64,000 bases of DNA from Dimorphilus gyrociliatus (Eukaryota; Animalia; Annelida): positions 737,713-801,712 of the forward strand of contig CAJFCJ010000004.1 of NCBI GenBank assembly GCA_904063045.1, in the 5' to 3' direction. Numbering within the stretch: position 1 is the stretch's first letter; each line of letters opens with the position of its first letter. Below the pieces are notes generated by a model. It saw nothing but the letters and a program-made list of their open reading frames with translations, was not told the origin of the DNA and did no database searches. This document shows, in pieces, positions 1-12,700 of the stretch. The translations under genes were made by a program, and so were the position numbers.

Positions 1-580
1 AAATATTTTCTTTTCTATTAAAAGTGTAAAGCAAACATAAAAAACTTGGAAAAGTTAAAAGTTTTCGATAGAAAATCGTTAAAACGTTAATTTTTTTGAA
101 ACGAATTTTAAATTCTTTTTCCTTTAAAATACTGCCAGCGAAATATCTATATATACATTTATATATATTTTTTAGCTAAATAAGAATAAGATCGTAGAAT
201 AAACAAATAGGAAAGGGAAGAGAGTAAAGAAGAAAAGTGTTTGAGAATTGTATCACCTGCTTTCTTTGTTAGATTTAAAAAGTAATGTTTTGTAGACTTT
301 CCTCCTAGTAGACGCCTGTCTCTTGTAATTTATTATTCGGCGTTGACGACTTTTCCCAATGTTTAATTGAGTAAGAAGTCATGTTTTAGGAAAATAGAAA
401 CCATGTAAGAAACGAAATATTAAGATTTCTTAAGAGCTAACAATGGAGTTGTAATATACAAACTATAAGTAAATATTGCTTATAATGATTTCAACAAAAG
501 GTAAAATGGATTTACTTAAAGAAAATTACATAAATATAGAAAATATACTATTCTTTCTAATACAATAATTGTATTATACA

Positions 581-581
<1 letters not shown>

Positions 582-613
<32 letters not shown>
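582..613. repeat. (TA)n microsatellite
   Basis: Perfect TA dinucleotide run read directly. Confidence 0.95.
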
Positions 614-614
<1 letters not shown>

Positions 615-1071
615 TCTATATAGTAAATATAACATATACTGTTTATATTATATAGACTTTCCTGTTGATCCTCTTCAACCTACACGGATACTTGGAAGCA
701 TACATTTATTTTGAGCATTTCCTAGACATTAAATAGCCTCAGAATGATAATAATAATGTACTAAATGCAATGGTTTGCCCTAGAGTGCTCTGTCATCAAA
801 ACAGAACATAAAAAAGCCTTTTTTTGCTGGATAGGTGTCAATCGAACCCTAAGTAGGAAACAATCGATTTATAAGCATACTCTAGTCTACATGTTCTAGT
901 TATTATGTAGAGGAATTATATTACTCTTCGATTAATCTAAAGTATTTTCTCCTTCTCTACATTATTGTATTTTCTTCTTCTCTTCTTTCTCTTTCATTAG
1001 GAAATTACGAATTACTTGATTAATTTCTTAATTAATCTGTCGCTCTTTTTTTTTTTAAACTTCTCTTTCTT

Positions 1072-1093
1072 TCTCTCTCTCTCTCTCTCTCTC
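1072..1093. repeat. (CT)n microsatellite
   Basis: CT run; it accounts for the low-complexity spurious ORF 1016..1222. Confidence 0.9.
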
Positions 1094-4000
1094 TTCAATA
1101 TAAATCTAAAAGTCATACAAAAAAGTCTTTACATTTTTCTAATCAAGGAGCATTTAGTGTTGATCTTAATTTTATTTCATTTCTCACTAAGTATTAACTT
1201 TGAAGTCAATAAATTGACTTAAAAAAGCATTACCAGCATGTCACACTAACACTTTACTTCCTTGAAAATTGCTATTTCTCCAGGTACAAGGTCTAATTGA
1301 AATTAATTAACGATCTTATAGCATGCCAGCTGGTTTTAAGAGCAATAAGAACAGTTTAACCAGGGGCTCATACATTTTTCATTAGAAGCTAGTTTGCATT
1401 AAAAGGACAGAATGAATATCTGGCAGAATTCTTTTTGATAATTGTGAAAAAAGTCAAGTGATAAAGCTAGCTTTTTTCTGCACGACGGAAGAGGGAAGTA
1501 GATAATTCTGAAGGGAACGCAAACTGTCAATCTTAGTAAGTAAAGAAAAGAAAACGTCAGGGCCAATATACCAGCAAACATTTTATTATAAAAACTTTCG
1601 TCAAATCCCTCCCACATCTAATTAATAATAATACATTTACTAGTTGATTCAAAAGAGATTTAAAAGCTTTATTATAACTAAATGAAGTAAATACTCTTTT
1701 TTATCTCGTGTCCTCTTAATCATTTAGGTTACTTTTTATCTCACGTAACTACCAAACTAATCAGTAAAAATATTCTATGCATATCCAATATACATTTACA
1801 ATACATATTTATATATAAGAATACATATATCTGTCATATATAATTAACTAAGGAGTATAATCAGGTAGGAAACATCTGCAAGATTGATAGAATATCAAAC
1901 AAACTGTTTTTTTTATTATTATTAATAATCTATACATTTTTCTTGTTCATTTTAAAAAGACAGAAACTTTGATTAAGTCAATAAAAAAAAAACAATAGAC
2001 ATAATAGAATATCTTTTTTAAAAATAATTAAACATTGTACATATTTACCATCTGATTGTTTGTTTTCCCTTTTTCATACCTAGATTCATTGAATTTTACT
2101 TTCTCTTTAACTAAAAGAATGTAGAGTAAGGAACAAGTGGCAAATTTTTATACTTTATCTATTGGTATGTATTTAATATTGTATGTAGAAGAGGTAGCAA
2201 GGAAGGAAGAGAGAGCTATAAAAAATAGGAGAATAAAGTAGAATAAAGGGAGAAAAGAACGGAGACAGAGACGAGGAATCTACTACATCAATATCTATAT
2301 AATTGATGTATCTATACACAGTTTTGAGTTGTGATTTTCTTTATTCTACTTAACCAATCTTTAAAGTTTTTCTATTGTTTGTTTAGTGATATATTTATGT
2401 TTTATGCAGAAATCTGCATCTAGTATCAATTATATTGAATATACAATATATATACAGTGTATATATATTCAACTCCTTCCATACTTTCATTTAATTTTTC
2501 CTTGTTCTTCAAAAATGTAATCGTACTTTGCAAATTATCCAAACAATATTTTTCCAGAAACATTAAAAAGGAGGATAATCATGTAATACGGTTAGCTTAT
2601 TTATAGATAATCAATTGAACGTCACTTCCTCTTTTCTTTCTTATCATTTATCATTAGTTTACCGATATTTTCTACATAGTCATATAATTGGAAAATTCCG
2701 CAATCTGTTAAGAAAATGATTTATTCTACTCTCTGCTTCACATTTACTTATTCATCATTTATTATGGAAATCTAAAGAAATCCTTATTTAAAGAGGAAAG
2801 AAATGTGGCTGGGGATTAGAAATGATAAGGAAGGGATATATGCCACATAAAATATATCGAACTGATGACTAAAACTAGCCACACATATGTAAAATGTGAG
2901 GAAGCAATAAAATCAAGAGAAAGACAGAAAGTGATAGCAAGAGAGAAACAGACAGAAAGAGGACGAGAGATAGAGATAGAGGGAGAGTGGATGAATTAGT
3001 TCTTTAAAGGGTATACCTCGTGACAAATCAACTAGCTAGAAAGCTGATGCTCTTTAATTAGAGCAATTAAAATCTCATTAGCTAAATTATTTTGATGGAA
3101 ACCATTTTATAAATATGCCCATCGCTATTGAAACAGAATTAATACAATAAGATCGAATTATTCGTTGAGGTGCGAAAAAGTTAATAAATTGATATTGAAG
3201 AAGTTTCAACTTCTCTCATTTCTACAGATAGCAAGGGTGGAGAAACAAATAAATATATACTGTGCCTATACATTTACTTTTTATAGAGCATATATATATA
3301 GTATAGATTGTATGTTATAAACAATATATAGTACACATATATATAATCCAAAGGAAAACAACAAAAAATTGATGTTTTCATCAGTTTTGTATTTAGAAAG
3401 GAGGAAATAAAGGGAAAAGGAAAAGAGAAAAAAGTCGGGGATACTGTATACTATTACGTGTTTACATTCGCTGAGATGTATAGATCTTTTGTATTTATAT
3501 ACGGTTAAGTATATTGGATATTACAATTCCGTTTAGTATGGAAAATTTATAAAAAGTATACTTTTTCACATTTTATATTTTGTTCCTTTGTTTATATATC
3601 TTATATTATGTTTCTTTACATCTAAATATTATATTAATTGAAATTTTTTATATGTTTATTTCATAAATAGTTCAATAACATGTATGTATTTACGTACTGT
3701 GTAATATATAGATATGTATGCTTCATCAAGTACCATTCTACATTAAAATGCCAAGAATCATTTGGGCTGTTTTTTTTCTTGTACCTAGGTTTTATTGTTT
3801 TCTAAAGTAACGTATTGCTTTGAACTTACCAGTACAGCTGTTCCTAAAATTATATCTTCTTAAACTAAGTCTAGAGTAGAATAATTAAACCTAGGATTAG
3901 GTCTCGGGAATAGAGTGTATTTCCCTTTGCTTCCTTTTATCCTCTGTTAAAACATTTACAGTTGCCTTTTGAATTTATAAAAGTTAAATATTATCTTCAA

Positions 4001-4113
4001 TAAAGACATTTAAGGAAATTTATATTTGCTTATTATAGTATAATATAACTATATATATACAGTATATATAATACTGGTTATTTATTCTTCCTCTTCCACT
4101 TTCTCCTCTCGCT

Positions 4114-4150
4114 CTTCTTCTTCTTCTTCTTCTTTTTCTTCTTCTCTTCC
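4114..4150. repeat. (TTC)n-rich low-complexity tract
   Basis: cttcttcttcttcttcttctt... read directly. Confidence 0.8.
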
Positions 4151-4896
4151 TTTTCGTGCTTTTCTTCGTCAATTCATAAATATTGTGCCTTTTATATCGT
4201 CACATTATTCTTATAATTTATTATCGAAGCGAAAAAAAACCGGAAGAGAAGGAGAACAGACCTTTTAACTTTACTCTAAAAGAGAAACTAAGCCTAGGAA
4301 CATGCACAAAACTCTCTTGCTAATCAAGTATCTTGTTAAAGCCATTTTTTTGCTCACTTGGAAGCAGACTTAATCAATTTTTACGAAACATTGGGAAATA
4401 TATAAATAGGACAGAGATACCCAAGATTGCTAAACTATTAAGCCTGTGGAAAGAAATTTTGACATTTAAACAAATGACGGCCCCTAGCACATTTATTAGC
4501 TTATATCTTCCTCTCTTTTACTGTGGAAATGGCTGTATACGTAGTAAATAAGTTATACAGCCTTTAAAGAAAATCATTTTTTCTATCATTTTATGATGGT
4601 TTTCAATTTACAGCCCGTTTATGAATAGTTATTGAGATTTCACTCTTAGAAATTAGCAAGAATTGTATCAATTTTTACGATAGGAATGTATCGGTTATTA
4701 ATTACTCAGATCATTTGGAAGAGAGTGATCATTTTAATACTCAAGTAGGAAACTCTCGATCTATTCTCGCTCTTGTTTTTTTTTTACTCTTTATAAACAA
4801 AACACAGAGTAATCTACATTCAGAAAATAATTACAGCACTTTTATTACTATTATGTTAAATTTTTGATTCTAAATTATTCAGATTAGATAATTGAT

Positions 4897-5138
4897 CGCC
4901 AGGTGACGCTAGCATCCTTATCGACCGAATAGCGGCGTCTAAATCGCGGATTTTTCACCTAATCTCATTCATTTTTTAGTAGCTTTTCCAGACTGAAGTT
5001 TTTAGCCTATTAGAAGGTTGGTTTTGTAGCAAGATAAAGTAAATATAAGTAAGTCGATAATAAACACAATATTGAGCCGGTAGTGGTATAAAATTTGAAA
5101 AAGGGCTTATCTAACGGATAATTCTAGGCCTGAGCAAG
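4897..5138 (+). promoter_or_regulatory. CpG-rich patch with CTCF-like motif; candidate Syt7 promoter / non-coding first exon
   Basis: cgccaggtgacgct at 4897-4910 in a locally CG-rich patch, and a donor-like caag|gtataa at 5138/5139. No transcript evidence. Confidence 0.3.
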
Positions 5139-6705
5139 GTATAAAAATTTACTTTTTCTTTGTTTTTACCAGAAATACTATATAATTAGTATAATATCTT
5201 AATAAATTCATCTATATAAATTTGAACGAGATCGAAATTTGCTATCAATTGGTAGAAAAATCGAATTCCTCTAAATGATAGCTATTATTAATGACAAAAT
5301 GTGCTTGGATACCGGAAAACGTTCAATAAATTCATTTTTTCCACGTGTTTAATTACGTTGTTCAACTTGTCTTAACAGAGTTATAATAGTAATTAGTATT
5401 GTTATTACTTTCATATATATATATATATATATATATTGTATATACTTTCTGGCTGATGCATTAGTTGTCAAAATATTTAGGCCTATCTCTGTCAAGGATA
5501 GGCATAGAGTATTGCTGAACAAATTGTATTTTTAGATTATATTGTAGCTTGTTACAAACTCACGTATAGACTTTACTGAAATACTTTGACAGATATAGAA
5601 GATCCTATAAGGGGTAGGCAGAGAGGGTGATGGAGAAAATTCAGCCTAATAAAGACGAAATTGTCACCCGTATGCGTTGCCAAAATCTTATTATATTATT
5701 TATTTTTGTATCTATTTTATGAATAGAAATAAGAAACATGAATGATATAATTTTAAAGAAGAGAGTGATAGAGACCTAGTGAGAGTGAGAGAGAGAGAAA
5801 CTACGCCCTCTCTACCTAATTTTTCAGCACAATGTGATAATTAATAATCTCTGTGAATGAATAATTTAAGAGATCTTTTAAGTTACTAAAAACAATAAGT
5901 AGAGAAATATTGGATGATATTACAATTAAATATAAAATTAAATATTATACAATGTTGAGTTACAGGAATCTTTACAATTCCCTTTTGGATTTATAAAATA
6001 TAGCTGCTTGTCTAACGCTAATCATGATTTCTATCGACCACTTTATCTATTTTCTTTATTGAATTCAATACGCTTAGCTGTTTTTTAAGGGTTTTGTAAG
6101 TTTACATTTTTTTTAGAATATAAATATTTCTTTTGTAAAGTGAAAAACTTTCACTATTTGATATTAGAAAATAGGAGATAAAGTATATACTGTATAGGTG
6201 TGCGCTCCATCGTCCATCAGGTAATTATACTTAAATATACGCTTGTGTTTTGAAACTAAAAACAAAGCGAACATAAAAGATTAAGGCGGAAAAAATGAGA
6301 AAATGACTGGGAGAGCGAAAAAGTTAGGAGAAGAGAGAGTATTTGAAGGATGTAAGAAGGTCTGAGAAAGGAGAATTTTATTGATAAACCTTTTTCTTAT
6401 AAGTACTCGGTTACTTTATTAACCAGAATAATCGATAGACGAATGAATAAATACAATTAAAACCAGTGTAGATGTACAGTCATCAAGAACTTTTTGAATC
6501 TTTTAGGAAAGGTTAAATACCTAGTGAAGTTGAAGGCTAATAATTATTTACTTCCAATAGACTGTTAGACTGATGAGAAATATACATATATATATATATC
6601 CGTTATTGATTCACTATAAATACATATATGTTATTTGCTTATAGTTGATAAATTTTATTTATTTTCTCTTTTTTTTTAGAAACGCCGCCGACTCTCGGCT
6701 CGACA

Positions 6706-9700
6706 ATGGAGAGCGTCACTTTAGCTGTTGTTTTGGGTAGCGTTGCTTCAACACTGGCATTAATTTTCGGCGTTTTTCTGTGTTCTTGTTGCTATCGGCG
6801 GCGGGAAGAAGATGACTACGAAGATATTGATGCCGAAAGCGGATTAAATAGTAGCAAGGAAAGATTAACAAGAAAGAAGAAAGCGACACCAATTTTTGGA
6901 GGAAGGACCATTGAGTACGTTTTGAAAATTTTTTTTTTATATTTCTGCCACAGCCCTCTTCCGATAGAGGGGGTTGTAGCAATATTTTTCTTTACGGAAG
7001 GATTATAAAAGTGCAAATCATCAAGGATCTCAATTCGATGAATAATCCTATTAAGAGATTAAATACCAGGATGTGTTGAATAATATGTTTACTGAGATAT
7101 AGAAAAAAATTACTTACCGTTAACACCTAAAAAGTTCCTTACATCATGTCTGTCTAACCTGGATTTTAGTCGCAACTACGAAATTAGATGGACCAATAAA
7201 GGAAATGTACAAGCTTAGAATATAGCTTAGGCAGTATAAAAAAAGGAGCTTAACATTAAATGTAATAAGAGAATAAGAGAATATTCTATATATTTATTAA
7301 TTATTGACAGGCTTTATGATCCACTATATTATTCATTTCTCTCTGACTTAAGTATTGTCGTGATTAGTTTGAGTAAGCTAAAGGAATTCAGATTGTTCAT
7401 TTAGCAAAGATATATGCTTGTGTTTATATTATTCCCTATTCAGAATAACCGTTATTTTCTATTTTTAGACTAAAAGACACATGTATATTCTCTATCTGTT
7501 TTCTATTGCTCATTCTGTCCCTCTTCAATCCCAGTTTAATCTCTTTCATAAACAATTCAACCGTGATACTTTGTTTAAATACTCTAGGTTAACTTTAGTA
7601 CATCAAATATCAATGAAAACAAATGAAAACAGAATGAATCAAATCATATGCAATTATTAGCTAATGTTACATTAGAGATATAATATTTCCATCTCCTTTT
7701 ACCCTGATTGTAAGAGAATAAACCGGTAAAAATATGTTTATATAAAAACGAAGAAAAGCTAAGTTTTTATATCATAAAAAAAACTTTTAGACAACGTACG
7801 TATTGTAAAAAGAGTCTAATTTCAAAAAGATCTTTATATATGCACAACCGGAAATTGATAATTTCAACCATAAAAACTAAAAAAAACTGAATAGATTCAA
7901 TAATAAAAGACATTATTATACAATATATTATTAAGTTTATCTTCCCCTATGTATGTAGATCGCTGTATATTTAGACAATATACAGTATATATATATATAT
8001 TTAGCTGAATATGCAAAATGAGACATGAATTCATTTTATTTTTGAAGTAGAAGCAATAATATATAATTCCTAGCAATAAGTTACTTAGCATCGCCCACGC
8101 TGAAAACAGGTGGCATGAAGAAATGCTTGTCATTTCTAAATTATTTACAATTTTTCCGTCACACATCACCCTATTATTTCTTGGTTTTATTTCTTTGATA
8201 TTTATTCGCCTCCTCAAAAACAAAACCCACACACAAGCAAACCAAACAAAACCGGAGTATCATTAGAGAACAGAAAGAAAAGGAGAAAACGAAATACTCT
8301 TCTGTTAGATTAGATTTGTATGAAATTCCTCTTTCTCTATAGAGTTCTTGTTTTTCCTTGTCTAGCGTAAAAATGTCTCTTTTTTTTATCTAATTGCGTG
8401 TTACTCCATTTTCTCAAAAGAGGAAGAATTAGAGATGTTTCATTAACATATTGTTAGAGGCTTATAGACAATTGTTTATCATTGTTTTTATATCTATTTA
8501 TAGTATTAAAATTTAAATATATAATATTTCAATCGTTATATGAAGGCCCTTAACTAACCCTTTGTTTTCTAATAAAGACATATACACTATGAAGTATTCT
8601 CATTTATCAAATAAGACCTCACCTACACATTTCCAACTTTCACTAATGAAAGTAACTAATATTAAGTAAGGATAGGAAATAAAGAATCGATATTAATTCT
8701 CTTCTGGGTATAATTACAACACTGATAGTTCTTTATGAAAGTTTTTGTTGTTTTCAACTAGTTTTTATTACGGATCATAACATAAATTATACGAGTAGCG
8801 TTAGTTGATAATCCCTTATTTAATAGTATAACCTAATTAGAGATTTTATCTGTTTGTATTGTTTTTAAATTTTAAAAGTCCTTAGTTAGTTGAAATAGTT
8901 GAAAATAATTAAAAAGTTCTTGTTTTGTATCGAGCTTTACAAAGAAAATTCAATACTACTTTCAAAACGAAGATAAGTACCGTTTCTTGAAATTCTCTCA
9001 TTTCCTTCTTTATTCTATCTCTATAGATTTTAAGATGATGGAATAAAATAAGAAAAAATTTTCTATCTTCTCTTTCTACTTTGTTTATAAAAAACAACAG
9101 ATGGCGCCTACTTCCCTTAAACTAGATACTTTACTTTCTCTTTTCTTCGTTCTCTCCTTATTTCTGCTTCCTGGACTTTTTTCTGTATTATTGCTGTTCT
9201 TAACAAAAAAACCACAATTTCAGCAAAAAAAAATTTAACGAATCGGTAATAAAATTAGCAGACCATATTTAGGCCTACTTTATTGAAATTTTTTATTAGA
9301 TTTGCATATTACATATAATAGATATCCTCTCCTTTAACAAATTATACCATATCTGTAAGTTTTGATTACTCCGAAAAGGAGGACTAAATCAAGATTGCCG
9401 GTCGTCTTTCTATTTAAATTTTATCCACAATAGTCTTTCATTTACGTTTAAGAAAGTATAATGAAAAGAGACGCTCATCCGATAGGCCTAAGAAAGGAAA
9501 TTGGTAGACTCTATAAATTACATGATAAATAAACAAGAAAAACCAACATAAGCGTAATAAATTGTGCAAAGGGCGTTGAGTTTCGTTACCTGGAAACGAT
9601 TGTCAGACCGATCGACAGAAAGGCCCAGGATTTTATGTTCAGTGATGAATATTGACGTTCATTCAGGCACAGATGTGTACTTAAGCTTAAAATTTCCTTT

Positions 9701-12700
9701 TTATAGTATTTTTCCTCCTATTATTTTAATCTACTCTTTCACCATGCTAAATACTGCAAAATAAATTTCTTGGAAAAAGTAAATAGCTTTAGCCTATTCC
9801 TATTTCAGCCTACTTTTCTACTATGTTTATAAACATGACCAGTAAAACAATTGTTTTATTTGAATTTCTAGATAAGTAAACTAAAGAATGAAAGGAAAGA
9901 CATTTTTAGTACTTTATTTATCTCTTCTCTAACTTTTTTTCTCTTTTTTCATCTGCCTTAAGGCCTTTCCATTATTTCCTACTTGCAATAAAGAGAAAAA
10001 GAAGAAGGAAGAGAAGAGGGTAGTATATAGATGGTAGATGTAGGAGAAAGGAATTGGGATAAACATTTCAATGAATATATTTTTTATGATACTTGATGAT
10101 TTGTTTCTTAAATATTCCAAAAGATGTAATAAACAATTTATATGTAAATATTAGTTTATACTGTATATCTATATAATAAATGATTTTAATGAGGAAATCT
10201 AAATACTAATCTTTTCTCATTTAAACTCCTTTATAATTATTAATAATGTTTTGTATTAACGTTTTCATTTTTTACCTTTTTTCATCAATTTTTTTTCCTC
10301 CCACAATTTATTTCCAAACAGCCGAATTATGAGAAAAATGAGGTAAAAAAATATTAGACAAACAAACAAACAAATAAACAAACAAACATACAAAACGCAA
10401 CATCTATACATAGTAAAGAAACAAAGTTCTCTGTGTAAAATCTTTGTACTTTATCCCTAAAAATTATGCATGACTTTGATTTGATTTTCTAACACCCTTC
10501 TTTAAATTTTATTTCTATTTAAGCCCTCTTTTTGTGCCCTTCTTGTACTCCTATCTTGTATAAATCGTTAGTCATCCCTGGTTGGTGTTTTAATAACACA
10601 ATTGACAGTGGTTTTTTTTTAATTTTAATCTTACTGTATCTTTGCTGTCTAGCTATCTGTCTCTCCTCTCTCTCTCTATTGTGCTTTTATCTCCATAATT
10701 TTTTTCTATTTTGTTATCTTTGTGATAATGTTCTTGGTTTTCTCCTCTTCATTTTTTGTCCTTTAGTAAGACCTTTAAAAACCTCATGGTAAAAAGGAGA
10801 GACATAGAAACTTAATTAAAAAATAAAGCCTTATCAGACGGGGGCGACTGCAAAATTATTGGAGATGTTCTCCCACGCTTTTATGTTATGTGCCCTGAAG
10901 ACAGTAGTAATGAACATCTATGGTAGAAGCGTCTTTTGCAGATGCAGTCTAAATATAATTCCGTATGTGCTAATCAACTAATATCTCAATTCCCTAAGGG
11001 AAGAACTGATTTTAAAATTCCTTTATCTATAAATATGCGCGGTTTATAGCTGAAAATTTAGAACCTAAGGTGACGGTAAAATTCAATACTCTTTTTCTTT
11101 ATGCCTGATTTAATGTAGTCTGTGAAAGCGTATATTTTTTAATATACCATAAACGACACGATTATTCAGCTAACAAATTTAGGATGTTATGATGAAATTC
11201 TTGACAAAATTTTGTATACAACAAACTGTCCGTATTGTCCAATTTATGGAACAGAACCAAATTTAATCCAAATAGTTTAGCAATTCTAGTCGGGTAAGAT
11301 AAAAAAAAATTGGCGTTTGGTTTAAAAAATGAAAATTTCCAACCATAGCTAAAGATATGTAGTATGTAGAAGATATAAAAAAAGCAGGCTAAGTCTTTTT
11401 TAATAGTAATTCTCTTACTTTATTTTATCAATAAATTATAGAAAATAAGCTAAACATGACAAATTATCTACAAAAATTGCGTCTAAAACCTATTTATAGA
11501 AATGAAGAATATTTCCTTCTCTTTATTCTTTCCTTAAAAGAACATAAGTGATTATTATATCTATTTTCTTTACAAGTTCATCCATCCTTTCTCATTTTTT
11601 TTTAAATCGTAAGCAAAAAATCTCTCTGTTGACAGAGAACAAAAAAATTCTTTCCGGTTGCTATGAATAAATTATTAATGAGATAAGGAAGGTAAACATT
11701 TAGTTCCTGTTTATAATGAACAAGGCATTTTTGATTCTTCTTGTCTTTTCCCTTATTTAAAGTTTTCTACTTTATACCTGAGTTATGTTTCTCTACTTTT
11801 CTATAAAGAAAACTATATTTAGTTTGTTCATATTTAGTTAAAAATTTTTCTTAATAAAAAAGAATCTATAATAGTCTATTTATCCCTTTTGTCGTTTATT
11901 ACAATGATACACGACATGACTGGTTTACTTCAATGGCATCCTACCGCTGATATATAGTCATAAAGTCCGAGGGAAACACTACCTGGATGCTTTTTTTCTA
12001 ATATATCTTCGATATTAATATGATAGACTCGCCCAGTTGCAAAACAATACTGTTAGCTTTACTCGCAAGTACAACATGTAATCTTTTTGTTATATATAGA
12101 ATTTTTCATCTATTGATAGAGAAAGAAAAAGCGAAACTAACTAAATTCTGTTCTTTTTTTAACTCTCTCTGTCCTTTTTTCTCCTTCCCTCTCTAACTAT
12201 CTCTCTCTCTCCCGTCCCTCTCTAAAGGAATTAGGCTAGAGATCAAATTATAACCATTTTTCCAGATTGAAGCACTCTTAATTAGCTTTAATAATCAGTC
12301 TTAATAGCTAAATAAAACATTTATACGCCAACATTTTTGCCCTGGTTACATAAATTTATTTAAGGAGAAGGAGTACTCACTTTTTATAATTTTTTTTAAT
12401 AAAACAAGCTTTTTTCTGTTAACTTATAACCAAGAGAAAGTTATAAGTACTGATGAAAAATTCTTTTAGTACAAGTTAATTAAAGGTTGAAGGAAGAAGT
12501 TTCTTTTCTTTTTTTTGTTTCTTTTTTTTAATATAAAAAGAAGAAAGTAAAATATTTAAGATGTTTAATTAATGAAAAATGTATATTTAAAGAAAAATTA
12601 GAAATGGAACAAGCATAGAAAGAAAAGTAAGGGAAATGAGTGAAAAAAAGTAGAGAAATCAGGTCGAACACTTTCATGATTCATCAGAAGCTATTAGAGA

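Noticed and set aside
9322-9354. 33-nt exon-like segment with a gtaagt donor in Syt7 intron 1
   Set aside because: In-frame TAA and weak acceptor; cannot be supported without reads.
9641-9700. C-box (GTGATGA) suggesting a C/D snoRNA
   Set aside because: No CTGA D-box or terminal stem at a suitable distance.
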